This document shows, piece by piece, positions 49,325 to 58,847 of a DNA stretch of 64,000 nucleotides. The notes beneath the pieces are model-generated. The model saw nothing but the letters and a program-made list of their open reading frames with translations. It did no database searches and had not been told where the DNA came from. The position numbers and the translations under genes were made by a program. This stretch comes from a virus. Location: the IMG/VR virus record IMGVR_UViG_3300044993_000765, positions 1 through 64,000 of that record; one strand, written 5' to 3'. Positions within the stretch are counted from its first letter, which is position 1; every line of letters begins with the position of its first letter.

Positions 49325-49882
49325 ATGTCCACACTCCTTCAGAAGTCATTGGAAGTGCTTAATGGGTCGTTTGACTACACACAGAACGGAATGACACAGT
49401 TTCAACTATCCGTAACAAACGAGGTCCTGCTGGCTGTCGCTGACGAAGAAATGGGCATCGACGTAAAGCAAATACCGTCTATGACTCGCGATCTGGGCTG
49501 GTCGCGTCATTGCACCAGGATGCTGATGGATCATGCTGAACTCGTGAATTCCAGCCGACATAATCCCCCGGCCCTTGGCGCTGGGACCGGATTCGCGATC
49601 GTTAGATTGAATCAGATAGATCTCATCCTGAAAGCCATGAAGGATCAGGACGAAAGCGTACTTTCATCGATCGAAAGCCTGCGGCAAGAGCTAGACGAGA
49701 AACTGAAATTGACATCCGAACAGACGATACAGCTTGAAAAATCCACGCATGACGATGATAAAGGATTGTTGACAGCATTCATCATATTTGCACTTGCAAT
49801 TCTGCTGATCTCAACATTTTTCCAAGTCTTTTCCCACGACGATCCCCCCAGCTTGACACTGCCAAGCATCGGACACGGATAG
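49325..49882 (+). CDS. Hypothetical protein with coiled coil and C-terminal TM helix (moron)
   Basis: SD AGGA; LLTAFIIFALAILLISTFF; low GC. Confidence 0.6.
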   Translation: MSTLLQKSLEVLNGSFDYTQNGMTQFQLSVTNEVLLAVADEEMGIDVKQIPSMTRDLGWSRHCTRMLMDHAELVNSSRHNPPALGAGTGFAIVRLNQIDLILKAMKDQDESVLSSIESLRQELDEKLKLTSEQTIQLEKSTHDDDKGLLTAFIIFALAILLISTFFQVFSHDDPPSLTLPSIGHG

Positions 49883-49921
49883 AATATCGAACTCTTTGAA
49901 ACAGGACACACACAAGCCTAG

Positions 49922-51214
49922 TCACCAGTCAAAACCTCCTGAATTTCCATTTCTATTTCTGGAAATCAAAGCCTGTGGAGGCTTCGGAAACCTCGCCCCG
50001 ATATCGTAAATCCGAGCCAGTGCGTCGAGCATGTCGTCGTGCAGCCCGGCCGGAAAAGTCAGGTATTCGGCATTGACGAACCGTTCCACCACATCGACCG
50101 GTGAGCCGTCCGACAACGTGCGCGGCAGCGCCTTCGGCAGCCACCAGCGCCCATTCTCGAAATCCGGCTGTAACCGCTCTATCCGGTCCTCTTTCGCCAT
50201 CTGCCCACCCAACGGCTCCAGGTCGAAGCGGTAGTTTTCCGCCTCCTGCACGCCATGGATGTGTTCGATGTCGCCGTCCTTGCCATATTTCTCGTATCCA
50301 GTCTTCAGCGGCTTCCACTTGCGGTGCAGGTAAATCAGCAGCGCAGCGCGCTCCTTGAGCGACAATCGATCGCGCACGGCTTCAAGCAGATAGTATCGGC
50401 CATCAGTGTTCAAGCCGATGACCACAAACGCGCTGTAGTCGCTGCGCTTGCCCTTGGAGCCGGCAGGGTCAACCAGCAGGTAGCGGTTCATCGGCCGCGC
50501 GATCTGGATCGGCAAGCTGTCGTAGTGGCGCAACCACTCTCGTTTGAAGAATCCACCCGTGCCAGCGACCGGCCGCTGCTGATACAACGCCTCCCAGTCC
50601 CTGCTCCCGCTGACGATTCGCTTTCGCTCCAGAGCTGCCTCGCTGAACCGTTCGGGACACAGAGCTTTCCCGGGCATACGACCCAACTGGTCGTTCTCCA
50701 GTGCCAGAGCCGGCAGCAGAATGACCTCCCAATCCTCCTGCGGGTGTTCGCGTAGCAACCAGCCGGCCAGGTCGTCCTCATGCCAACGGGTGTGCATGAC
50801 GATCAGGATCGAGTCCTCCGCTAGTCTCGGATAGACGACGGAGGTGAACCAGGTCTTGGTCGACTCCCGCACCCGCTCTGACTCGGCTTCCTCGCGCGAC
50901 TTGAACGGATCGTCGATGATGAAGACCTTGGACGGGAAACCGGTCGCGCCGCCGCGAATCGTCGTGCCGAGGTACAGACCGCCTTCGGTCGTCTTGAAGT
51001 AGGTCTTGGCGGTCGAGCTACCGTCCAGCCGCGACTCCGGAAACACCGCCGCATGGACCGGCGACATCAGCGCATCTCGCACTGCTTGCCCGTTTTCCTC
51101 GGCGAGGTCGATCCCGTAGCTTGCGGCGATGATCGGCCAGTCCGGATGCTTCCCAAAAATCCACGGCGGCAACAGCTTCGACACGAGCCGGCTTTTGCCG
51201 TGCTGGGGCGTCAA
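49922..51214 (-). pseudogene. terL: Terminase large subunit, N-terminally truncated at Walker A
   Basis: PQHGKS, FIIDDP, TRWHEDDLAG, LVDPA, SDYSA and HDDMLDAL. An in-frame TAG lies two codons upstream of the TTG, so nothing precedes the P-loop. Confidence 0.75.
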
Positions 51215-51430
51215 CCACTATCTGCAAAAAAGTGATTGATTTTTTTGGTTTTTCTTATGAATCAATGGGATGCATGCCCCCATTGTTGCCCCCAGAGCCG
51301 GCCTTCTGCACCGGAATGTGGTGGGACTGCGCGGGACAAACGACGATCACGACACCCTGGCGGTTCATTACACACACGCCTTGCACGACAGCGCACGCGA
51401 CTCAGCAACGCAACCCGCCAGCGGGTGCGC

Positions 51431-51811
51431 CTACTTCGGTTCGGCCGCGTCTCCCTGCTCGTAAAGCGACACCAAACCCTGCTCGCCGACGGCGTGCGTG
51501 CTGCACGGGAAATAGACCAGTTCGTCGATCACGTTCAACCACGCGCCGTTGAATCGCTCGATCAGGTTGCGCTGCCAAGCATGCGGCATCGCCCAGATGT
51601 GTTTGCAGCGGGCCACGGCAACGTCATAGCTCGCATGCGGCTCGAAGTACACCAGGTACAGCGGCGTCACCTGTTCTGGTCCATAGCGGCGCTTCTGCAT
51701 GCGATTGATCCAGTTCATCTCTTCATAGGCCCACACCAGACTGCTCGACACCGCCTTGCTTGCGACGTTGACGTAGTACGGCCGGGCGCGCGCAAATGCC
51801 AACATGTACAC
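51431..51811 (-). CDS. Degenerate GIY-YIG (UPF0213-like) protein
   Basis: VYMLA...YYVNV...LVYFE...A.AR...W...LIERFN..W. GGAGG before GTG 51811; start uncertain. Confidence 0.55.
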   Translation of the reverse strand: MYMLAFARARPYYVNVASKAVSSSLVWAYEEMNWINRMQKRRYGPEQVTPLYLVYFEPHASYDVAVARCKHIWAMPHAWQRNLIERFNGAWLNVIDELVYFPCSTHAVGEQGLVSLYEQGDAAEPK

Positions 51812-51938
51812 GACGGCCTCCGGTTCCGGCAGAGGTCGGCCGCGCAGGCTGTCCAGCGTCCAGGTGGTCGCCTCCGGCGCTGGGACTTCGGATCGCGCGG
51901 TCTCCGCCTCCAGCGTCGCCGGGGTGAGGCTTGCGAGA

Positions 51939-54900
51939 TCAGCCGCCACCGCCGCCTCCACCACCTCCGCCGCCGCCACCCCCATCGCCGCCGCCATCGC
52001 CATCACCCTGTGGTCCCGATGATGGTGTCAGCGTGCGCGGGCCGATCCGCATCACCGGACCCTCGGTTTCCTGTCGCTCCTTTTTCGCCAGTTCTTCGGC
52101 CTGTATCTGCGCCAACACCTGTTCTCGCATCACCGTTGCAGCCTGCGCCATCGCTGAGGACTGCTCCAGCGAAGTGTGCAGCGCCTGCTGCGTATTGATC
52201 CCCGCACGGTGGCAGTAGTCGGTCGTCGGATCGCCCTGCACCGGAATCAGCGTGGCAGGCAAGCCGGGACCGGGCGCGCTTTGGGTGCTTACGCACAGAC
52301 TGTCGATACGGGTGGCGAACTTGTCTTCGGCCAGGAACTGCGCCACCACGCCGGCCGCTAAGCGGCTTTTCTCCTCCTGCGTCAGCAGGCCCGCCGGCAC
52401 CACGTCGCCGCGTTCGATCAGGCCCAACGCCTGCGTGTACATCGCATGCGCCGGGTGGCCGGGGTGCGTCATCAGCGTGGGCGCGGGCGACGCTTGTTCC
52501 GATGCTTGGGTGGGTTGCCGATCTTCTTCGCGTTCGTCGCGGGTCGCGGCGCGATGGGCGAGCGCCGGATCGAGTGCCGTCGCGGTTTGCGGTGCGGTTT
52601 GCGCCTCGGCGCGCGCGGTATATTCGGGTTCGCGCTCGGGTGTGTCGTCGGTGCTGCGTGCCGTCGATGCGGACAGGCCCACGGTACGCGCTGCGGCGGC
52701 GGGCTCCGGTGTGTCCTGTGCTGGCGTCGAACGGTTTGGGCCGCTTGGTTCGCCACGTTCCCGCTCGCGTTGCGCCGCAAGCGCACGATCCACCGCGTCG
52801 CGCGTGTCCTGATCGGCGATGCCAGTCGCGGGGATGCCGTGCATCGTCTGGAACTGGCGCACGGCGTGTTCGGTTTCCGGGCCGTACTGGCCGGTTTGTG
52901 GGATCTGCGTGCCGTCCGGTCCACGATAGCCTTGCCGGTCGAGGCGGTATTGCAACAGTTCGACATCATCGCTGCGGTCGCCCAGGCGTAGAACATCGGG
53001 ATCGGATGTCGTGGGCGCGGGCGTCGTCGTTTCGATCTTCGCGGCGGTGCGCTCAGACTCTGGCAACGATTCGCGTTCTGGCGCGGCGGTCACGGTGGAC
53101 GGTGGCGAGGGTTCGCGCGGTGTTTCGACTGCCGGCGACGCGGCGTGTCGATCGCTCGTCGCCGTTCGCACATCCGGTTCGGTGGTCGTCGTGTTCGGCT
53201 GCTGTGCGGATTCGCGTTCGCTCACAGGCGCGGTGGTGGGCGGGCTGCTGTCGTTCGCCTGCACACCGTTGGGCGGCGTTTGATCGCGCGCCGCGCGCTC
53301 AGCGTCGCGATGCTGTTCGATGTCCGCGCGTTCGCGCTCAATACGCGCGGCGTCATCGTCGCGTGCGTCGCGCGCCATCGTTGCGACGGCTGTCGCCGCC
53401 AGTGGAACATTCTGCGCCGTGGGCGTGTCCTGCACACGTTCGCGCTGCGGTGTGTTCTCCGGCGTTTCCTCGGTGGCGCGTGCTGCGTCGCCTGCCGGCG
53501 TCATCACGCGCGCCGATGCGCCCACGGCTGCCGCATCGACAGCTTGCTGCGCGTCTTCTTTCGACAACCCCTGTCGATTCGCCTCGCGCTGCGCCTGTTC
53601 GCGTGCGTCGCGTTCTTCGGGCGTCGCCTGCGTGATCGTGCGTTCCGGCACCGGCTGCGCATACGCGACGGCGTACTGCGTCGGCTGATCGGCGATGCCG
53701 GTCGCAGGCAAGTCGTGGGCCTGCTGAAATTTCGCGACCGCGTACACGGTGTCTTGGTCGTAGTGTCCATTTTGCGGAAGCGGCTGGCCGTCGATCCCAC
53801 GATAGCCCTGTTGATCGAGACGGTATTGCAGCAACGCGACCTGATCGTTGCGGTCGCCGGGGTACGCGGTATCGGGATCGCGCGGGCCTGCCATCATCGC
53901 TTGGATCGCGGCGGTTTGCGCGGGGTTCTGTGTCGTGGGCACATCCTGCGCGCGCTCGCGTTGTGGTGCGTTCTCCAACGCCTGTTCGGGCGTGCGGATT
54001 GCATCCTCTGCTGGCGTGGTTCCGCGCGCCGGTGCGCCGATGGTGGCCGCATGGACGGCTTGCTGCGTGTCGTCGTTCGATAGTCCTTGCCGGTTCGCTT
54101 CGCGTTGCGCCTGCTCCGCAGCGTCGCGTTGCTCCGGCGTGGCGAACGCGATGGTCTGCTCGGGTGCTGCATGCGCGGGCGATGGCGCTTGCTGTTCATG
54201 CGATTTCAGTTCGCGCAACTCGGCCGCGATGTCGTTCGGCGTCGTGGTCGCCGCTGTCTCCACGTTCTTGCCGTCAGCGCCGCCAAAACGCGTATGACGA
54301 ATCTCAATCTCGGCGATGGACTTCCCCGCCGTGTTCGGCTCAAGTTCAAGCGCATTGACGCCCGCTATCAGCCCATGCTCGGCGCGCGTGCGTTGCACGG
54401 CAGCGTAGGCCGCCTCGAATTCCTCTGGTCGAACGTCGGGATTGCGGCCCGCATCGACGTACAGGCGGCGCAATGCGGCGCGGTCGGCCTGTTCTGGCGT
54501 GGGCGGCGTCCAGTCGGGAATGCGCGCGAGTTCCTTCTCGTATCCCGGCATCGCCGAAAGCAAGCGTTCGCGCGTCAAGTCCAGTTCCAGCGCGCGCTGA
54601 GGGGGTGCCGGTTCGCCGCCGCGCATCCACGTCCCTTGCGCATCCCGTTCGTAAACACGTTCGTCGGAGGCTTGCAGTCGGTCGGTCGTCATGGCGCTGG
54701 TCACGGCCGCCGGCACCTCGCCGGCTTCGCCGTAGCCGTAGGCTTTGTGTCCCAACTGGTAGCGCATCGCGATGGCCGCCGGCCCCGCTTGAAGGTTCTC
54801 GTCTATCGTCTGGCGTGCTTGGGCATTCAACTGCGCGGTGCGCTCTGGACTGGCGTACTCCGGCTCCGCGTTCCACTCGGGGGCGCCTTCGCGATCCACG

Positions 54901-56261
54901 GTATCGGCCACTTGGCGCGACCAGCGTTCGCTTTCCACGTTGTAGGTCCAACGTCCTGTCTGCACATGCGCGGGGTCGCTCTCCGACACCGGCTGCACGA
55001 ACGGGTTGCGCGGCGTCGGCACCTTGCCCAGCGCCTGTTCGGCCGCCTCCACCCCGGCCTGATAACTCAACTGCTGCGCTTTCTCGGGGGGCGCGCGATA
55101 CCGCGCCGGTTGAAAGTCGCTGATCCCATCGTCCACTCGGTCGGCGCGCAAATCTTCGCGAATCCAGTCCTTGCCGTTGTAGCCCCACGTCACGCCCGGT
55201 TCGTCGCGATCTTTCTGCGAATAAATCTTCTCGTTTTGCCAATGCGTGACGGCGCGATCAGCGGCTTCGGCCATGAGAAACGCATCGGCCGCCACCAACA
55301 CCAGCGGACCCGTGCCCGTGGCGCCCACGGCGGCCGCCGTGAGCGTGCCGCCGCCCCAGCCCGCGACATTCCGTGCGCCGAAACGTGCCCACTGCTCGTT
55401 CGCGGCGGTCGCGTTGTCCTGCGCCCACAGTTCGCTGGTGCGTACCGTCGTTTGGTACGCATCGAGTCCCGTTGCCGCAATACCGCCCATGCGCAGGGCT
55501 TGGTTGGCGGAAAGATCGCCGACCAGAAATTCAGGCGAGATAAAACCGCGCTGGCCGCGTGGCACGCGGAACGCGCGCTCTGCCGCTTCGGCCCCTTGCT
55601 CGGTCAGCGTCAAGCGACCATTCTCCTGCGCGCTGTCCACCGCCTCCGACAAGCTCTGCAAGCCTCTCGCGGCATTGCCCTTGATGGTTTTCTTTCCGGG
55701 CTGGTCGATGGTCTCCAGGCTGGCGGTCAGATGCGATTCGGATTTCAGCACCGCCGGCCAACGCGCTTCGGGGCCGGTGAGTTTGCCGACCGCCTCGATC
55801 TCAAGCGCATGCGTGCGCTGGTATTCGGGGAGATTGCGAAAGAACGCCGCGTTCCTCGCGTTCGCGGCTTCGGGTGTCATGCCTTCCGGCGTGTTGGTCA
55901 GCAGATCGCCGTTGACCATTGCGAATTTGAGGGTGTCGCAGAGGTGGTTTACTCTTGCCGCTACCCGCTCGGCGGCGGCTCGATTTCCTGCGAGTGTGGC
56001 TTGACCATCCGGCGTTTCGGCCAGCTTTTCAAGTGCGTCTGTCAGTTTGTCAGAATACTCGCCCAGCGGTCCACCATTGTGAGGCGTGACGTCGAGTTTC
56101 AATGCTAATTGCCTGTCGGCAGGCAAGTTCAGCAGATTGCGGTCGCCATGTAAGTCAAACAGACCTCCTCGCGTGAGGTCTTGCAATAGCTTGCTTCTTT
56201 TATACGCATCTTGCTCAATGACGTGATGCCCTTGAAATACAGGCTGGTCGTGCTTAGCCAT
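51939..56261 (-). CDS. X-T4SS effector: AHH nuclease, two peptidoglycan-binding domains and XVIPCD
   Basis: FQGHHVI...NLLNLP...HNGG; two LLQYRLD.QGY...ATGIADQ domains; PGHPAHAMY...VQGDP...HRA...SLEQSS. Confidence 0.85.
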   Translation of the reverse strand: MAKHDQPVFQGHHVIEQDAYKRSKLLQDLTRGGLFDLHGDRNLLNLPADRQLALKLDVTPHNGGPLGEYSDKLTDALEKLAETPDGQATLAGNRAAAERVAARVNHLCDTLKFAMVNGDLLTNTPEGMTPEAANARNAAFFRNLPEYQRTHALEIEAVGKLTGPEARWPAVLKSESHLTASLETIDQPGKKTIKGNAARGLQSLSEAVDSAQENGRLTLTEQGAEAAERAFRVPRGQRGFISPEFLVGDLSANQALRMGGIAATGLDAYQTTVRTSELWAQDNATAANEQWARFGARNVAGWGGGTLTAAAVGATGTGPLVLVAADAFLMAEAADRAVTHWQNEKIYSQKDRDEPGVTWGYNGKDWIREDLRADRVDDGISDFQPARYRAPPEKAQQLSYQAGVEAAEQALGKVPTPRNPFVQPVSESDPAHVQTGRWTYNVESERWSRQVADTVDREGAPEWNAEPEYASPERTAQLNAQARQTIDENLQAGPAAIAMRYQLGHKAYGYGEAGEVPAAVTSAMTTDRLQASDERVYERDAQGTWMRGGEPAPPQRALELDLTRERLLSAMPGYEKELARIPDWTPPTPEQADRAALRRLYVDAGRNPDVRPEEFEAAYAAVQRTRAEHGLIAGVNALELEPNTAGKSIAEIEIRHTRFGGADGKNVETAATTTPNDIAAELRELKSHEQQAPSPAHAAPEQTIAFATPEQRDAAEQAQREANRQGLSNDDTQQAVHAATIGAPARGTTPAEDAIRTPEQALENAPQRERAQDVPTTQNPAQTAAIQAMMAGPRDPDTAYPGDRNDQVALLQYRLDQQGYRGIDGQPLPQNGHYDQDTVYAVAKFQQAHDLPATGIADQPTQYAVAYAQPVPERTITQATPEERDAREQAQREANRQGLSKEDAQQAVDAAAVGASARVMTPAGDAARATEETPENTPQRERVQDTPTAQNVPLAATAVATMARDARDDDAARIERERADIEQHRDAERAARDQTPPNGVQANDSSPPTTAPVSERESAQQPNTTTTEPDVRTATSDRHAASPAVETPREPSPPSTVTAAPERESLPESERTAAKIETTTPAPTTSDPDVLRLGDRSDDVELLQYRLDRQGYRGPDGTQIPQTGQYGPETEHAVRQFQTMHGIPATGIADQDTRDAVDRALAAQRERERGEPSGPNRSTPAQDTPEPAAAARTVGLSASTARSTDDTPEREPEYTARAEAQTAPQTATALDPALAHRAATRDEREEDRQPTQASEQASPAPTLMTHPGHPAHAMYTQALGLIERGDVVPAGLLTQEEKSRLAAGVVAQFLAEDKFATRIDSLCVSTQSAPGPGLPATLIPVQGDPTTDYCHRAGINTQQALHTSLEQSSAMAQAATVMREQVLAQIQAEELAKKERQETEGPVMRIGPRTLTPSSGPQGDGDGGGDGGGGGGGGGGGGGG
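53410..54165 (-). repeat. Two about 80-aa internal repeats in the AHH effector, flanking the first peptidoglycan-binding domain
   Basis: ATPE.RDA.EQAQREANRQGLS...PQRER.QD.PT.QN occurs twice (about 53410-53650 and 53925-54165). Confidence 0.75.
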
Positions 56262-56303
56262 GATGAAATTCTCCGATGAATAAGCAAAGGGCTATCGCAG
56301 CAA

Positions 56304-56957
56304 TCAGAAATCTGCTGCGTCTCTCCAGTGCAAGCCATCCGAGCTGGGCTTGACCCCGATTCCTGCTTTACGGATTGCGTCGTACATGATCCGATCACAG
56401 ATAACGGTGAGCGGTTTCTCTGCCATCCGAAACACATGGGCCGAACCAACGACATCTTTCTTAAATGCAAGCTTCGCGCCCCTCGTAAAATCTATAATTT
56501 CTACGTCTTTCCCTGTGCGAAAATCGTGTTCGATATCAACAAAAAACTCAGAGTTTTCCCTGTCCAGAGCAGATAGTTTTCGCACCACATCGCACAGGTA
56601 GAACTGTGGCCCTTGCGATCCATCAGGCAACACGTAGTCGCATGCGGCGAACTCAAACGCCTCCGGGTCAACGGATTCAAAGACGTTCTTCAATCGCTCT
56701 GACACGAGCCAGTAACCACCAAAATCCCCATCCAGATCATTCGGCGGCCTGTTCTTTCCTGGCCCAGTGCCATGAACTAGACGTGGCGTTTCCGGCAGGG
56801 GCGGAATGCCGCCTTCAGGTGGCCGAATGATGCGAGAGGGCGGCGTCAACAATGCTTCTTCGTTTGCGAGAACGACATTGGATAGCGGCGAACTGCTGCG
56901 CGAATCTGGACGCAGCAAGTAGAACTGTCCTTTCTCGGACTTTTGCTTGGTGGTCAT
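56304..56957 (-). CDS. Imm11/DUF1629-like immunity protein
   Basis: GYWLVSERLKNVFESVDPEAFEF...YLCDVVR...HVFR; SD GAGGA; directly upstream of the AHH effector. Confidence 0.75.
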   Translation of the reverse strand: MTTKQKSEKGQFYLLRPDSRSSSPLSNVVLANEEALLTPPSRIIRPPEGGIPPLPETPRLVHGTGPGKNRPPNDLDGDFGGYWLVSERLKNVFESVDPEAFEFAACDYVLPDGSQGPQFYLCDVVRKLSALDRENSEFFVDIEHDFRTGKDVEIIDFTRGAKLAFKKDVVGSAHVFRMAEKPLTVICDRIMYDAIRKAGIGVKPSSDGLHWRDAADF

Positions 56958-57332
56958 CGTGTCCTCACTGCTCATCAATGTGTCGGTGGTCATGCAGGTC
57001 AATCGTATCGATATTTACGTGAAGGCGTCAGCATCAGCAACATGCACGCGACGCTGGCACGGCTTCGCCATTGCGCATCCACGGCCCTTGCGTATCACGT
57101 TCGTAGTCGCGGTGGTCGGATGCGCGCAGTCGGTTGGTCGTGATGGCGGATCGCCTTTACGGCGCACGGCAACTGCTGGCGGATCGTGCAGCCGGTCGTT
57201 TCGATTCGGTCGCAGCCGCTGGTGCGGGGCGATGTCGTTGTTCTCCGTCATGGAGCATTCCTGTCCTGAGTCGTCCAAATTATGACAGCGGGTCCAGCCG
57301 GTGGCACACGGCCGGATTGGCGGGCGCGGTCG

Positions 57333-57401
57333 TCACAGCAGGTACAGCAACAGGGCGACCAGCCATTTGCAGACCCCGATCACAAGATCGTAGCGCCGCA
57401 T
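57333..57401 (-). CDS. Small hydrophobic peptide (22 aa or more), positional equivalent of 35880..36005
   Basis: MRRYDLVIGVCKWLVALLLYLL. No clear SD; the frame is open further upstream. Confidence 0.3.
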   Translation of the reverse strand: MRRYDLVIGVCKWLVALLLYLL

Positions 57402-57472
57402 TCTGCGTTGGTCTGCGCAATGCGCACCGTGCCTGCGCCGGGGGCGGCCAGGTGCCGACGTTGCGCGCGCAA

Positions 57473-57895
57473 TCAGGCCGCGTCCTCGATCACATACCCA
57501 TGCGTATCCGCGATGCGACGTGAGTTCGCGTGGGGATCGGTACGTGCGATTTCCTCGCGTCGGATCACCAATCCAGACGGTGCGATCACTGCAATGCGGA
57601 TCTGTCGCTGCCCGCCGCGCACCTTGCGCTTTGCGCTGGTCGCTTCTCCGACAACGATCACCGCATCGCCGAGTTGCAAGGACTCGCCCGTGAGCAACCA
57701 GAGCAGGTAGAACGCGCTGCCGTTGGAAGTCGTCACCGGCCGCAGCGCGTCGCCTTCATCGGCGACCAGGACATCCAGTGGCGCGGCGACGGCGACAAGC
57801 ACGCACGACCCGCGACGATCGCGCACGGTCAACCTCACGTCGTCACCGATGCGCAGGCTTTCGCCCGTCCTTCGATTCAGTACCAACCGGCCCAT
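57473..57895 (-). CDS. Tandem-domain CsrA/RsmA-like protein (cassette B)
   Basis: LVLNRRTGESLRIGDDV and QIRIAVIAPSGLVIRREEI; SD AAGGAAGGGA. Confidence 0.85.
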   Translation of the reverse strand: MGRLVLNRRTGESLRIGDDVRLTVRDRRGSCVLVAVAAPLDVLVADEGDALRPVTTSNGSAFYLLWLLTGESLQLGDAVIVVGEATSAKRKVRGGQRQIRIAVIAPSGLVIRREEIARTDPHANSRRIADTHGYVIEDAA

Positions 57896-57896
57896 G

Positions 57897-58268
57897 TCAT
57901 CCCTTCCTTTGGTAGCGCGACAGGCGCGCGCCCTGGGTACGCGCGATTTGCATCGCTTCAGGTGCCTCTATCTCGAACTGCGCATCGCGCATCGCACGCG
58001 CGGTGCCTGCGTGTTCTCGCGCATCGCTGATGCGTACGCGCACCGGGCCAATCTCGAACGCATCACCGTCGAACAGGGCGAGGACGTGCGCGCGCCAACC
58101 GAATCCGCACGGCGCACTGGCGCGGAAGCCGTCCACGTCGCCCAGTGCGTTGTCCTGATGGGCCTCGATGTAGACGTACCAGGTGCCATCGACCCACCCG
58201 GTCAGATTCAAGCGGATGTGGTCGCCAAAACTGACGATTTCGCCGATGGCGACGTGCAGCACGCGCAT
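57897..58268 (-). CDS. Highly degenerate tandem CsrA-like protein (cassette B only)
   Basis: VLHVAIGEIVSFGDHIRL and FEIGPVRV...FEIEAPEAMQIAR; coupled to both neighbours. Confidence 0.55.
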   Translation of the reverse strand: MRVLHVAIGEIVSFGDHIRLNLTGWVDGTWYVYIEAHQDNALGDVDGFRASAPCGFGWRAHVLALFDGDAFEIGPVRVRISDAREHAGTARAMRDAQFEIEAPEAMQIARTQGARLSRYQRKG

Positions 58269-58714
58269 CAGCGATGCCCCGAGAAAGTACCGGCCTCGCC
58301 CAGCGTCCCGCCCAAGGGGGCGCGCGGCAACGCGGAGGAGGCCGGCAGGGAAACCGGGGCGAACCTGTCCCGGAGCGATGAGCCGATAACCCGATCCGCC
58401 ACGGCGGACGCGATGCCAAGGTGAACCGCGTCATCGCAGCCGCGTGCATGTGGCACCACGTCGCCGGGCAACCAGACCTGCAAGGCCAGATGCCCCAGTC
58501 GGAAGCGGCGCACGGCCAGCAGTGAGAAGACATAGCCCCAGGTGCCGTCCGCGCGGCGTAGCGGCTCCAGGCGCGCGCCGTCCAGCCACAGGCAGATGCC
58601 GGCTGCCGCGCTCACAGACAGCGCCACACGGGGACCGATGCGAGCCTGGACGACGATCCGGCTTCCTTCACCAACCCGGACGGGTTGGCCAACACGGCAC
58701 GTCATCACCTCCAC
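58268..58714 (-). CDS. Degenerate tandem CsrA-like protein (cassette B)
   Basis: SD AGGAGG before GTG 58714; VMTCRVGQPVRVG. Paralog of 36446..36889. Confidence 0.7.
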   Translation of the reverse strand: MEVMTCRVGQPVRVGEGSRIVVQARIGPRVALSVSAAAGICLWLDGARLEPLRRADGTWGYVFSLLAVRRFRLGHLALQVWLPGDVVPHARGCDDAVHLGIASAVADRVIGSSLRDRFAPVSLPASSALPRAPLGGTLGEAGTFSGHR

Positions 58715-58759
58715 GGGACACCTCCTGTGTGGCCGGACGAGGAGGCCGGCGGCAGGCGC

Positions 58760-58788
58760 ATCGTTACCGGCGTTAACGCTGGTGTCAA
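58760..58788 (-). promoter_or_regulatory. Putative sigma70 promoter with palindromic operator for the csrA-like operon B
   Basis: TTGACA (58788-58783), 17 nt, then AACGAT. The spacer contains the palindrome GCGTTAACGC (58770-58779). Confidence 0.45.
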
Positions 58789-58847
58789 TAGGATGAATTT
58801 CTGATGTAGGCTTACACCATCCCCGTTCAGCCCGGAACCTGCCCCCC

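Larger units (their letters stand above)
5358..51214 (-). mobile_element. Podovirus-like prophage morphogenesis region with morons; ends not determined
   Basis: Gene order terL-portal-scaffold-capsid-adaptors-ejection proteins-DarB-like. No tape measure or sheath gene, and no integrase or att site visible. Confidence 0.85.

Noticed and set aside
51939-52010. GGC/GGT-rich repeat as a possible VNTR or CRISPR
   Set aside because: It simply encodes the poly-Gly tail. No repeat-spacer array or cas gene was seen anywhere in the window.
40334-56108. Plus-strand ORFs 40334..42184, 46793..48526 and 54087..56108
   Set aside because: They lie fully opposite the capsid/scaffold, portal and effector genes; shadow ORFs.
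57015-57278. 87-aa ORF between the CsrA-like operon and the Imm11 gene
   Set aside because: It has a possible SD but no motif and no counterpart in cassette A, so it cannot be supported.
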